A DNA stretch of 64,000 bases, taken from contig NC_057718.1 of NCBI RefSeq assembly GCF_004010195.1, positions 5,809,110 through 5,873,109 on the forward strand, read 5' to 3'. The notes beneath the pieces are model-generated. The model saw only the letters and a program-made list of their open reading frames with translations. It was not told where the DNA came from and made no database searches. The translations under genes were made by a program, and so were the position numbers. Positions 1 through 12,635 of the stretch are shown here, in pieces. This stretch comes from Chiloscyllium plagiosum (lineage: Eukaryota). Positions within the stretch are counted from its first letter, which is position 1, and each line of letters starts with the position of its first letter.

Positions 1-144
1 TCCAATGTCATGTATTCTCTGCTGGAGACAGTTCTGGGACTCACTGACTGCTGGTGTTTCAGTCTGAGCTGTTGTTTTAGTCAGTGGTGGTTTACTATGC
101 CTCCTACTCTTAGGGGCAGGAGAAGAAGGCAGGTCCCTATCCTA

Positions 145-500
145 GTAAGGACTGCAGATGCTCGAAACCAGAGTTTAGATCAGAGTGGTGCTGGAAAAGC
201 ACAGCAGGTCAGACAGCATCCGAGGAGCAGGAAAATCAATGTTTCAGGCAAAAGCCCTTCATCAGGAATAGAGGCAGGAAGCCTTCGGGGTGGAGAGATA
301 AATGGTGGTGGTGGTGGTGGTGGTGGNNNNNNNNNNNNNNNNNNNNNNNNNNGGGATGGAGGTGATAGGTCAGAGGGGAGGGTGGAGAGGATAGGTGGGA
401 AGGGAGATGGGTAGATAAGACTGTCATGAGGACAGTGCTGAGCTGGAAAGTTGGAACTGAGGCAAGGTGGGGGGGAGGGGAAATGAGGAAACTGGTGAAG
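145..500 (-). mobile_element. Penelope-like element terminal repeat (family A) with adjoining purine-rich segment, spans a small gap
   Basis: Reverse complement matches the repeat at 10900-11045, which adjoins PLE coding sequence; degenerate hammerhead core at ~236-268. Confidence 0.7.
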
Positions 501-1332
501 TGCATTTCCTATCCTACCCCAGCCAGAATGGGAATCAAAGCCTCACTGTTGGCATTATTCCAAACCATGCACTAGCTTCCCAGCCAACTGAGCTAACCGT
601 CCCGGTATGTATCTATATAAGAATAAATGTATCAGCTTTTACTGGTTGTATATTTCCAGATTTTTCTTTTGAACTTCCCTGGTGAGATTTGAATTCACGC
701 CTGAGCACATTGTGTGTCGATTCCCCTGAGCCTTCTGCCTCCTCCGAGGCATTGGAACACTAGGCTGCAGTCAGACAGAATTTCATTTGTTGGCTGGTGA
801 GAGGAAATTTGCAATGAAGTGTGGTTTCTGCTGGACCAAATGCCCAAGCTGGAGTTAAACAGTGGCTTGCTGTGTTTAAATGAGTTACACATTGCTAAGG
901 AAATTATTGGCTGGAAATGGCAAAAAGGAGTTTAGTATTAAATAATTGCAATAGTTCTGTCATCAGGCATCAGCACTCCAAAGGTCAGCTGTATACCTCA
1001 CTGTCACTGCTTCCTAATCCTGTCTCCTACCACTAGGAATGCAAGTTGGAGAAATATAAGACGTGCTACTGTCAAGAGATTAACCATTAGACTCCCAGTA
1101 TCACTCGGAAAATGCCTGCATTTCCTGGAATCGACTGTTGTTACTTTATAAGACCATGACAGCATAAGAAATAGATACAGGAGTAGGTTATTTGCACCCC
1201 TGAGACTGCTCGGCCATTCAATAGGATCATGGCTGATCTGATGTTCCTCACATCCAGTTTCTTGCCCTTTATCCTTAACCCTTGACCCTTTACTGTTCAA
1301 TAATCTATCTATACCAGCCTTAAACATACATG

Positions 1333-1737
1333 ATTTGGAGATGCTGGTGTTAGACTGGGGTGTACAAAGTTAAAAATCACACAATACCAAGGTTATAGTC
1401 CAACAGGTTTATTTGGAAGCACTAGCTTTCAGAGCGCTGCTCCTTCATCAGGTGGTTGTGGAGGATAAGATCGTAAAACACAGAATACATAGCAAATGTT
1501 TACAGTGTGATGTAACTGAAATTATATATTGAAAAAGATCTGGATTGCTTGTTCAGTCTCTCATCTTTTAGAATTAACATGTTGGTTTCAGTTTACCACA
1601 GAGAGCTGTGAGGGCAGTGACCTTGTGTATATATAAGGTTAAAAAATCACACAACACCGGATTATAGTCCAACAGGCTTATTTCGAAGCACTAGCTTTTG
1701 GAGCTCTGCTTCTTCATCAGGTGGTTGTGGAATATAA
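1333..1737 (-). mobile_element. Penelope-like terminal repeat family B, one long and one short tandem copy with a short CR1-like spacer
   Basis: aaaatcacacaacaccaggttatagtccaacagg...ctccttcatcaggtggttgtgg occurs at ~1373 and ~1643; an inverted copy lies at ~5885-6320. Confidence 0.65.
1420..1454 (-). ncRNA. Minimal hammerhead ribozyme motif (PLE family B)
   Basis: Minus strand reads CAC-CTGATGA-A-GGAGC-AGC-GCTCT-GAAA-G-CTA^GTG: intact core, stem I CAC/GTG, stem II with a G.U pair, palindromic AGCT helix III. Confidence 0.65.
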
Positions 1738-1745
1738 AACCGGAA

Positions 1746-4700
1746 GTCATAGAGATATACAGCATGGAAATAGACCCTTCAGTCCAACCCTTCTATGCCG
1801 ACCAGATATCCCAACCCAATCTAATCCCACCTACCAGCAACCGGCCCATGTCCCTCCAAACCCTTTCTATTCATAGACCCATCCCAATGCCTCTTAAATG
1901 TTGTAATTGTACCAGCCTCCACCACTATCTCTGTCAGCTCATTCCATACACTTACCACCCTCTGCGTGAAAAAGCTGTCCCTTAGGTCTCTTTTATATCT
2001 TTCCCCTCTCACCTGAAGCCTATGCCTTCTAGTTCTGGACTCCCCGATCCCAGAGAAAAGACCTTGTCTATTTATCCTATCCATGTCCCTCATAATTTTG
2101 TACACCTCTATAAGCTCACCCCTCAGCCTCCGACGCTCCAGGGAAAATAGCCCCAACCTGTTCAGCCTCTCCCTATAGCTCAAATTCTCTAACCCTGGCA
2201 ACATCCTTGTAAATCTTTTCTGAACCCTTTCAAGTTTCACAACATCTTTCCAATAGGAAGGAGATCAAAATTGCATGCAATATTCCAACAGTGGCCTAAC
2301 CAATGTCCTGTACAGCCACAACATAATCTCCCAACCCCCTGTAATCAATACTCTGACCAATAAAAGAAAGAATAGCAAACTTTATTCACTATCCTATCTA
2401 CCTGCGACTCCATTTTCAAGGAGCTATGAACCTGCACTTGAATGTCTCTTTGTTCAGCAACACTCCCTAGGACCTTACCATTAAGTGTATAAGTCCTGCT
2501 CAGATTTGCTTTCCCAAAATGCAGCACCTCGCATTTATCTGAATTAAACTCCATCTGCCACTTCTCAGCCCATTGACCCATCTGGTCAAGATCCTGTTGT
2601 AATCTGAGGTAACCCTCTTCGCTGTCGACTACACCTCCAATTTTGGTGTCATCTGCAAACTTGCTAACTGTAGCTCTTCTGCTCACACACAAATCATTTA
2701 TTAAATGACAAAAAGTAGAGGAACCAGCACTGATCCTTGTGGCACTCCACTAGCCTCAGGCCTCCAGTCTGAAAAACAACCCTCCACCACCACCATCTGT
2801 CTTCTACCTTTGAGCCAGTTCTGTATCCAAATGGCTAGTTCTCCCTGTATTCCATGACATCTAACCTTGCTAATCAGTCTCCCAAGAGGAACTTTGTTGA
2901 ATGCCTTACTGAAGCCCATATCAATCATATCTACTGCTCTGTCCTCATCAATCCTCTTTGAACCTCTTCAAAATACTCAATCAAGTTTGTGAGACATGAT
3001 TTCCCACGCGCAAAAACCCTTTGGATTACCATGTTGACTATCCCTAATCAGTCCTTGCCTTTCCAAATACATGTACATCTGTCCCTCAAAGTTCCTTCCA
3101 ACAACTTGCCCACCACTGACGTCAGGCTCACTGGTCTGTACTTCCCTGGCTTGTCCTTACCACTCTTCTTAAACAGTGGCACCATGTTAGCCAATCTCCA
3201 GTCTACCGGCATCTCACCTGTGACTATTGATGATACAAATATCTCAGTAAGAGGCCCAGCAATCACCTCTCTAGCTTCCCACAGAGTTCTAGGGTACACC
3301 TGATCAGATCCTGGGGATCTATCGACCTTTATGCATTTCAAGACATCCAGCACTTCCTCCTCTGTAATATGAACCTAGGGTCCCTCAAAGTTCCTTCCAA
3401 CAACTTGCCCACCACTGACGTCAGGCTCACTGGTCTGTACTTCCCTGGCTTGTCCTTACCACTCTTCTTAAACAGTGGCACCATGTTAGCCAATCTCCAG
3501 TCTACCGGCATCTCACCTGTGACTATTGATGATACAAATATCTCAGCAAGAGGCCCAGCAATCACCTCTCTAGCTTCCCACAGAGTTCTCGGGTACACCT
3601 GATCAGATCCTGGGGATCTATCGACCTTTATGCATTTCAAGACATCCAGCACTTCCTCCTCTGTAATTTGGACATTTTGCAAGGTGTCACCTTCTATTTC
3701 CCTAAGTCTATATCTTCCATAACCTTTTCCACAGTAAATACTGTTGCAAAATACTCATTTAGTATCTCCCTCATTTTGTGTGGCTCCACACAAAGGCCGC
3801 CTTGCTGATCTTTGAGGGGCCCTATTTTCTCCCGAGTTACCCTTTTGGCCTTAACGTATTTGAAAAAACCCTTTGGATTCTCCTTAATTCTGTTTACCAA
3901 AGCTATCTTATGTCCCCTTTTTGCCCTCCTGATTTCCCTCTTAAGTATACTCCTACTGGCTTTATACTCTTCTAAGAATTCACTCAATCGATCCTGTTTA
4001 TACCTTACATATGCTTCCTTCTTTTTCTTAACCAAACCTTCAATTTCTTTAGTTATCCAGCATCCCCTATACCTACCAGCTTTTCCTTTCACCCTAACAG
4101 GAATTTACTTTCTCTGGATTCTCGTTATCTCATTTCTGAAGGCTACCCATTTTCCAGCTGTCCCTTTACCTGCGAACATCTGCCCCATTCAGCTTTCGCA
4201 AGTTCTTGCCTAATACCATCAAAATTAGCCTTTCTCCAATTTAGAATTTCAACTTTTAGATCTGGTCTATCCTTTTCCATTGCTATTTTAAATCTAATAG
4301 AATTATGGTCACAGGCCCCCAAGTGCTCCCGCACTGACACCTCCGTCACCTGCCTTGCCTTATTTCCCAAGAGTAGGTCAAGTTTTGCACCTTCTTTAGT
4401 AGGTACATCCACATACTGAATCAGAAAATTGTCTTGTACACACTTATCAAATTCCTTTACATCTAAACCCTTAACAGTATGGCAGTCGCAGTTTATGTTT
4501 GGAAAGTTAAAATCCCCTACCATAACTACTCTATTATTCTTACAGATAGCTGAGGTTTCCTTACAAATTTGTTTCTCAATTTCCCTCTGACTATTGGGGG
4601 ATCTATAATACAATCCCAATAAGGTGATTATCCCTTTCTTATTTCTCAGTTCCACCCAAATAAATTCCCTGTATGTATTTCGAGGAATATCCTCCCTCAG

Positions 4701-5870
4701 CATAGCTGTAATGCTATCCCTTATCAAATATGCCACTGCCCCTCCTCTCTTTCTATCCTTCCTGTAGCATTTATATCCTGGACCATTAAGCTGCCAGTCC
4801 TGCCCATCCCGAGCCATGTTTCTGTAATTGCTATGATATCCTAGTCCCAAGTTCCTAACCACGCCCTGAGTTCATCTACCTTCCTTGTTTGGCCCCTTGC
4901 ATTGAAATAAATGCAGTTTAATTTATTAGTCCTACCTTGTCCGTGCCTGCCCTGACTGTTTGACTCGCTTTTGTTCTCGACTGTACCAGTCTCAGATTGA
5001 TCTCTTTCCTCGTTATCTCCCTGGGTCCACCCCCCCCCCACCCCTCACCTTACTAGTTTAAATCCTCCCGAGCAGCTCTAGAAAATCTCCCTGCCAGTAT
5101 ATTAGTCCCCTTCCAATTTAGGTGCAATCCATTCTGCTTGTACAGGTCACTTCTACCCCAAAAGAGATTCCAATGATCCAAAAATGTGAATCCTTCTCCC
5201 GTACACCAGCTCCTCAGCCATGCATTCATCTGCTCTATCCTCCTATTCCTGCCCTCACTAGCTGGTAGCACTGGGAGTAATCCAGATATTACTACCCTCG
5301 AGGACCTCCTTTTTAAATTTCTGCCTCACACTCTGTAATCTCCCTTCAGAATCTCAACCTTTTCCCTTTCTAGGTTGTTGGTTCCAATGTGGACAATGAC
5401 CTCTTGCTGGCCCGTCTCCCCCATGATGATATTCTGCACCCTCTCTGAGACATCCTTGATCCTGGCACCAGGGAAGCAACACACCATTCTGCTATTCGCT
5501 GCTGGCCACAGAAACGTCTGTCTATACCTCTGACTACAGAATCACCAAACACAATTGATCTCACAATGTACCCCTCGTTGCATAAGAGCCAGTCTCAATA
5601 CCAGAAACATGGCTGTTTGTGCTACGGTCCCCGGAGAATCCATCACCCCCTACATTTTCCAAAACAGCATACTTGTTTGAAATGGGTATATCCACAAAAG
5701 ACTCCTGCACTAGCTGCCTAGCTCTCTTACCTTTCCTGGAGTGATTATATCTGAGGCTTTCCCCCCTTCCTATAACTGCCATCCATCACATATTGTTGCT
5801 GTTGTGAATTCCTCATTGCTTATGTCTCTCCGACCGATCCATTCGATCTGATAAGATTCTCAACCAACCA
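1746..5870 (-). mobile_element. CR1 LINE, near full length, degenerate (ORF1 esterase-like, ORF2 endonuclease + RT)
   Basis: Frameshifted ORFs give GDSVVRG and LHLNWKG (ORF1), VMVGDFNFPNI and LDLLLGN (APE), [30 protein letters not shown] (RT) and LERVQKRFTRM...RRRLRG; short-repeat 3' tail near 1746. Confidence 0.95.
3081..3667. repeat. Tandem duplication of ~288 bp inside the CR1 (3081-3368 and 3380-3667)
   Basis: Two copies differ at about 2 positions and are joined by an ~11-nt linker; the same peptide appears in ORFs 3048-3353 and 3338-3682. Confidence 0.9.
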
Positions 5871-5884
5871 ATCGTATGAATCCA

Positions 5885-6320
5885 TGTACGATTCTGGAAA
5901 TCCGTTTTTTAGATTAGATTCAGTCTGACCATTGTAGCACAGGCAGCTTCACATAGAGCAGCTCACACCTTAAATGCATTATCTGGGCCGACATGTCACC
6001 AATTGTTAAAGTTCACTTGAGAATGTAGCATTTAAAAAAAAGTTTTGTGATTTACATATGAAAGAACTGAAACTAAAATGGTCATTCTAAAAAATGAGAG
6101 ACTTAACAAACAATCCAGGTCTTTTTCAATATATAATTTCAGTTACATCACACTGTAAACTTTTACTATAAATTCTGTGTCTTACAATCTAATCCTCCAC
6201 AACCACCTGATAAAGGAGCAGTGCTCCAAAAGCTAGTGCTTCCAAATAAATCTGTTGGACTATAACCTGGCATTGGTGATTTTAACCTTGTACACCCCAG
6301 TCCAACATCGGCGTCTCCAA
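5885..6320 (+). mobile_element. Penelope-like 3' region and terminal repeat, family B
   Basis: The 6050-6320 part is the reverse complement of 1333-1590; decayed hammerhead ccacctgataaaggagcagtgctccaaaagctagtg at ~6203-6238. Confidence 0.65.
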
Positions 6321-6324
6321 CTGC

Positions 6325-9240
6325 ACAGGAGGCTGTTTAATAAGAGTCTTTGGTGTTAGGGACAAGCTACTGGTATGGATAGAGGATTTGCTGACTGGCA
6401 ATTACAACGATTAGGGATAAATTGGTCTTTTTCATGATAGCAGCAGGTGACTAGTAGAGTTCCACAGGGTCTGTATTGGGACTGCAACTATTCACATTAT
6501 ATTTTAATGATCTGGATGACATTTGCAGATGACACAAAGATAGGTGAAGGGGCAGGTAGCGTTGAGGAAGCAGGGAGGCTGCAGAAGGACTTGGACAGGT
6601 TAGGAGAGTGGGCAAAGAAGTGGCAGATGGAAAACAATATGGGAGAATGTGAGGTGATACACTTTGGTCGGTAGAATAGAGGCATAGACTATTTTCTAAA
6701 TAAAGAAATGTTTCAGAAATCTGAAGCACAAAGGGACTTGGGAATTTTAGTTCAAGATTGTCTTAAGGTTAACATGCAGGTTCATTGGCAATTAGGAAGG
6801 CAAATGCAATATTAGTATTCATTTCAAGAGGGCTAGAACACAAGAACACAGATGTATTGCTGAGACTGTATAAGGCTCTGACCTGATCACATTTGGAATA
6901 TTGTGAGCAGCTTTGGTCCTGTATCTAACGAAAGAAAAGCTGGTATTGGAGGGGTTCCAGAAAAGGTCTATCAGAATGATACCAGGGATGAAGGGCTTGT
7001 TATATGAGGAGTAGCTGAGGACTCTGGATCTGTACTTGATGGAGTTTAGAAGAATCAGGGGGATCTCATTGAAACTTACAGAATACTGAGAGGCCTGGAT
7101 AATGTGGACATGGAGAAGATGTTTCTACTAGAAGGAGAGACTAGGACCTGAGGGCACAGCCTCAGAGTGAAGGAACGATCCTTTAGAACTAAGTTGAGGA
7201 GAAATTTCCTCAGTCAGAGAACACAGGGATAAAAATATTGTTTTTTAGAAAACAGTTCATGTTACAGAAGAGGAAGTGCTGAGGTCTGAAGAACATAAAG
7301 ATTGATAAATCTCTGGGATCTGATCAAATTTATCCCAGAATGTTCTGGGATCGTATGGAAGAAATTACAGGCTCCCACCAGAAATATTTGCATCATCTAT
7401 AACCACGGGTGAGATGCCAGAGGACTAGAGGGTGACTAATGTTGTGCCTTTATTGAAGAAAGGCTGTAAGGAGAAGCCAGGGAACTATAGACCAGTAAGC
7501 CTGACATCGTTGGAGGTGATTCTGAAAGATAAGATTTACATGCATTTGGAGAGGCAAGGACTGATTAGGGATAGTCAGCATGCTGTGCAAGAGAAATCGT
7601 GTCTCACAAACTTGATTTGAGTTTTTTGAGGAAGTAACCAAAAAGATTGATGAAGGCAGCGCAGTAGGTATTGTTTACGTGGACTTTAATAAAGCAGTTG
7701 ACAAGATTCTGCATGGTAGACTAATTAGTAAAGTGAGATAATGTGGGACGCAGGGAGAGCTTGTCAATTGTATACAAAATTGGCTTGATGGTAGGAGACA
7801 AGAGGGTGGTGGTGAAGCGTTGTTTTTTTGTACTGGAGGCCTGTGACCAGTGGTCACAGGGATCAGTACTAGGTCCACTTTTGTTTGTCATTTATATAAA
7901 CAATTTGGATGAGGATTTAGGAGGCATAATTAGTAAGTTTGCAGATGACATCAAAATTGGTGCTATAGTGGACAGTGAAGAAGGTTATTTAAGATTACAA
8001 AGAGATTTTGATCAATTGGGTCAATGCGCTGAGAATTGGCAGATGGAGTTTAATTTGGGTAAATATGAATTATTGCATTTTGGTAAAACAAACAAGGGCA
8101 GAATTTATCCAGTTAATCGTAGGGCCCTGGGCAGTATTGTAGAACAGAGACACCTAGGGCTTCAAGCAAATAACTCTTTGAAATTTGCTTCACAGTTGAC
8201 AGGGTGGTTAAAAGGCATTTGGCATGCTTGCCTTCATTGCTCAGATGAGCACAGGAGTTGGGATGTCATTTTGTATTTGTACAGGATGTTGGTGAGGCCT
8301 TTTCTGGAGCACTGTCTGCAGTTCTGGTCGTGTTAGTATAGGAATGCTATCATTAAATTAGAGATGGTTCAGAAAAGATTTACTAGCATGATGTCAGGAA
8401 TGGATTGGAGATGCCGATGTTGGACTGGGGTGCACAAAGTTAAAAATCACACAACACCGGGTTATAGTCCAACAGGTTTAATTGGAAGCACACTAGCTTT
8501 TGGAGCGAGGCTCCTTCATCAGGTGCTCCAAAAGCTAGTGTGCTTCCAATTAAACCTGTTGGACTATAACCCGGTGTTGTGTGATTTTTAACGTCAGGAA
8601 TGGAGGGTTTGAGTTATAAAAATAGGCTGGGACTTCTTCACTGGAGCACAGGAGGTTGAGGGATGACCTTATCGAGGTTTATAAAATCATGAGGAGCATA
8701 GATGAGGTGAATGGCAAGGGTCTCTTCCCTCGAATGGGGAGTTCAAAACTAGGTGACATATGTTTAAGGTGAGAGAAGAAAGTTCTAAAAGGACATGAGG
8801 GGCCATTTCTTTACACAGAAAGCGGTTTGTGTGTGGAATGAACCAGCAGACAAACTGGTGGACACAGGTACAGTTACAACATTTGAACAGCATTTCGATA
8901 AGTACATAAGTAGAAACAGAATATGATATGGTCAAACATAGGCAAGTGGGACTAGTTTAGTTTGGGAACATAGTCAGCATGGACTAAAGGGTCTGTTTCC
9001 ATGCTGTATGAATCTATGACTCTATGACAGAGGGTGGTCAATCCGTAGAACACATTGCTGCAGAAGGCCGTGGAGGCTCAGTCATTGAGTGTACCTAACA
9101 CAGAGGTAGGTAGGTTTTTGACTATGCAAGGATCAAAAACTATGGGGAGAAGGCAGAGGAATAGGGTTGAGAAACATACCAACCATAATTGAATGGCAAA
9201 GCAGACTCAATGTACTGTTCCTATAACTTATGGTTTATGT
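6325..9240 (+). mobile_element. Nested CR1 fragments: older CR1 3' part (6325-7220 and 9028-9240) interrupted by a second CR1 (~7222-9027)
   Basis: FADDTKIG...LQKDLDRLGEWAKKWQM; the second copy has [25 protein letters not shown] and a ctatgact tail at ~9013-9027, after which the first element resumes. Confidence 0.85.
8405..8592. mobile_element. 188-bp PLE family-B fold-back insertion with 12-bp TSD
   Basis: Perfect 68-bp inverted arms at 8439-8506 and 8525-8592; flanked by gtcaggaatgga at 8393-8404 and 8593-8604. Confidence 0.9.
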
Positions 9241-9639
9241 GGTCACACCAGCACTTTGTACAGTTGCAATAAGTCCCCTAATGTTTTACTCCAACCCCAC
9301 CTTGAAATAAGGGCCAACATTCCATTAGCCTTCTTGGTTGCGTGCTACAGTTGTGCACTAGCTTTCTGTGTTTCGTGCACAAATACCGTGGTGTTGCAGC
9401 TTTCGTCAGTTTTGCCCATTTAAATTATAGTCTGTTCTTTTGTTCTTCATTTCATAATAAACAACTTCACATTTTTCCACATTATACTCCATTTGCCAAC
9501 ATTTTGCCTACTTGCTTAACTTATCAATATCTCTCTGTAAACTGTCAAATGTACATCATTTAATGGATAACATACAGTGGTCTTAAGTAATCATGCCAAG
9601 TAGCCTGTGTTACCGTTATGTGGTCTTGATGTAGAATTA

Positions 9640-11045
9640 ATCGTCTTTTCGGAACGCTGACAACGGTGGGGAGGGAAATATATGTCCAGTGGGTGGGATC
9701 CATTTGGAGGTGCCGGAAGTGGCGGAGGATAATGCGTTGTATGTTGAGGTTGGTGGGGTGGAAGGCGAGGACCGGGGGGTTCTATCCTTGTTGCATTGGG
9801 AGGGGTGGGGTTCAAGGGCAGTGGTGTGAGAAGTGGAGGAGATGAGCTGGAGGGCATCATCAACCACGTGGGAAGGGAAGTTGCGATCGTGGAAGAAGGA
9901 GACCATCTGGGACTTTCTGAGGTGGAATTGGTCATCTTGGGAACAGGTGCAGCGGAGGCGGAGGAATTAGGCATAACGGATGGCATTTTTACAGGAGGTA
10001 GGGTGGGAGGAGGTGTAGTCTAGGTAGCTGTGAGAGGTCCAGGAAGGGAAGGGAGGTTTCCGAGGTGGTCCAGATGAATTTGAGGTTGGGGTGGAAGGTG
10101 CTACCCTACCTCTTGCAAAAATGCCATCCCGTATTCCCAATTCCTCCGCCTCCGCTGGATCTGCTCCCAGGAGGACCAGTTCCACCACAGAACACACCGG
10201 ATGGCCTCCTTCTTTAGAGACTGCAATTTCCCTTCCCACGTGGTTAAAGATGCCCTCCAACGCATCTCGTCCACATTCTGCACCTCCGCCCTCAGACCCC
10301 ACCCCTCCAACCGTAACAAGGACAGAANNNNNNNNNNNNNNNNNNNNNNNNNNNNNNNNNNNNNNNNNNNNNNNNNNNNNNNNNNNNNNNNNNNNNNNNN
10401 NNNNNNNNNNNNNNNNNNNNNNNNNNNNNNNNNNNNNNNNNNNNNNNNNNNNNNNNNNNNNNNNNNNNNNNNNNNNNNNNNNNNNNNNNNNNNNNNNNNN
10501 NNNNNNNNNNNNNNNNNNNNNNNNNNNNNNNNNNNNNNNNNNNNNNNNNNNNNNNNNNNNNNNNNNNNNNNNNNNNNNNNNNNNNNNNNNNNNNNNNNNN
10601 NNNNNNNNNNNNNNNNNNNNNNNNNNNNNNNNNNNNNNNNNNNNNNNNNNNNNNNNNNNNNNNNNNNNNNNNNNNNNNNNNNNNNNNNNNNNNNNNNNNN
10701 NNNNNNNNNNNNNNNNNNNNNNNNNNNNNNNNNNNNNNNNNNNNNNNNNNNNNNNNNNNNNNNNNNNNNNNNNNNNNNNNNNNNNNNNNNNNNNNNNNNN
10801 NNNNNNNNNNNNNNNNNNNNNCCCTCCCCTGCTCACCTATTGTACTCTATGCTACTTTCTCCTCACCCCCACCCTCCTCTAGCTTATCTCTCCACGCTTC
10901 AGGCTCTCTGCCTTTATTCCTGATGAAGGGCTTTTGCCCGAAACGTCAATTTTACTGCTCCTCGGATGCTGCCTGAACTGCTGTGCTCTTCCAGCATCAT
11001 TAATCCAAAATCTGGTTTCCAGCATCTGCAGTCATTGTTTTTACC
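9640..11045. mobile_element. Penelope-like element with inverted structure (minus arm ~9640-10100, plus arm ~10100-11045, gap inside)
   Basis: Peptides YLDYTSSHPTSCKNAI and MASFFRDCNFPSHVVKDAL resemble the PLE RT thumb/linker region and occur on both strands; ends in a family-A terminal repeat. Confidence 0.85.
10916..10951 (+). ncRNA. Minimal hammerhead ribozyme motif (PLE family A), core intact
   Basis: CTGATGA (10920-10926)-A-GGGC-TTTT-GCCC-GAAA-C-GTC^, predicted cleavage after 10947; palindromic ACGT helix III; stem I weak in this copy. Confidence 0.7.
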
Positions 11046-11229
11046 TAGAACCACAAGAACAAGCACCCGAGTTACAAATCTTCTCACAAACTTTGCATAA
11101 CCTGGTGTTGTGTGATTTTTGACTTTGTACAGCCCAGTCCAACACCAGCTCCTCCACATCATAAAGCTTGTACATGGTAGAAGTGTATGTGTTGTGTTCA
11201 GAAGACTAAGAATAAAATTGACTGGAAAA

Positions 11230-11580
11230 TGAATGATTTCAAGTGGTCTTAACTGGGTGGATGTGAAAATAATGTTTCCTCTTTGGAGAGAATCTAGCAT
11301 TAGGCAGCATAGTTTAATAATAAGGTCATGCTCATCTGAAATAGAGATGTGTTTCTCACAGAGATAGGTGAGTCTTTGAAGCTCTCTTCCTCAAAAAGCA
11401 ATAGAAACTGAGCCCTTGGATGCTATTAAGACATAAAGTCTTTCTAAGCAATGGGGTGAAAGGTGCTTGGTGAGAATATGGAGTTGAGGTTACAATTAGA
11501 TCGGTCACAATCACATCGAATGGCTAAGTAGATCTAAGATGCCCACTGGTCAACTCCTGTTCCAAATTTGTCTGTTTATA
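11230..11580 (+). mobile_element. Degenerate CR1 3' end
   Basis: Similar to the other CR1 3' ends in the window (atgtttcctct...gaatctag...tggagttgagg...gaatggc). Confidence 0.65.
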
Positions 11581-11609
11581 ATTTCATCAGTGTCTTTTTC
11601 TTGATCAGT

Positions 11610-12515
11610 AGTACACAGAACATAGATAATAGAATTCCACAACACAGGAATGGGCCCTTTGGCTTATGATGTTATGCTGAAAATGAAACTAATCTGTTTC
11701 ATATCCCTCCATTCCTTGCATATTCATGTGCTTATCTAAATGAAACACCCCTATTGTATCTGCCTCCACTACAACCCCTAGCTGCGACTCCTACTTCTCT
11801 CTTTGAAACATACTTGACCCTCACATCTCCTTCGAACTTTCCAATTCCCACTTTAAATGTATACCATCCCGTCCTTGTACCATTTCCACTCTGGGAAAAA
11901 AATACAGACTGTCAACACTATCCACGCATCTCCTAATTTTATAGACTTCTATCAAGTCTCCCCTCAGCCTCTGCCGCTCCAGAGGAAACAACGCAAGATT
12001 TTCTAGCCGTTCTTTATAGCTCGTACCTTCTAATCAAAGCATCATTCTGATAAACCCATTCTACACCCTCTCCAAAGCCTTCACATCCTTCCTGCAGCAT
12101 GGCAACGAGAAGTGAACACAATACTCTAAGTGGGGCCTAACCAAAGTCTTATAAAGCTGCATCATGACATTCTAACTCTTGTACTCAATAACTGAGCAAC
12201 AAAGGCATGCATGTCATATGCCTTCTTTTTCACCCTACCTACTTGCGTGGCGACTTTCAATGAGCAATGGACTTGAACCCCAAGATCCCTCTGTACATCA
12301 ATGCTGTTCAAGGTCCTACCATTAACTGTATACTTTCCTTAACATTTGATCTCCCGAAGTTCAGCACCTCACACTTACCCAGATTAAACGCCATCTGCCA
12401 TTTCTTTGCTTATATCTAAAATTGATGTATATCTCACTGTCTCCTTTGACAACTCTCTACACTACCACAACTCCACTGATCTTTGTACTGTCTGCAAACT
12501 TACTCACCCACCCAT
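11610..12515 (-). mobile_element. CR1 3' fragment
   Basis: [16 protein letters not shown] at the 5' end; typical CR1 3' ORF/UTR sequence. Confidence 0.85.
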
Positions 12516-12566
12516 CTAGGAGGGAAGAATAGAAAGAGCTAAGAAAGGAAGAAAAGTATATCTTAC

Positions 12567-12635
12567 CTTTTTTGTTGGTTTTCTCAACAGTACTCTCTAT
12601 ATCTATTGTAAAGTTTGGCTGGTTTGTTGGATACA
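12567..12635 (-). CDS. Candidate 69-nt internal coding exon, phase 1/1: (V)YPTNQPNFTIDIESTVEKTNKK(G); product unidentified
   Basis: Acceptor ttgtgtcttcttacag and donor AAG|gtaaga; length divisible by 3; only the phase-1 frame is open; non-repetitive context. Confidence 0.55.

Noticed and set aside
2989..4213. Antisense ORFs over CR1 elements (many across the window)
   Set aside because: Shadow frames of LINE ORF2
9967..10923. Long ORFs spanning N-runs (also 10-414, 17798-18463, 44504-45311)
   Set aside because: Their length comes from untranslatable gap bases
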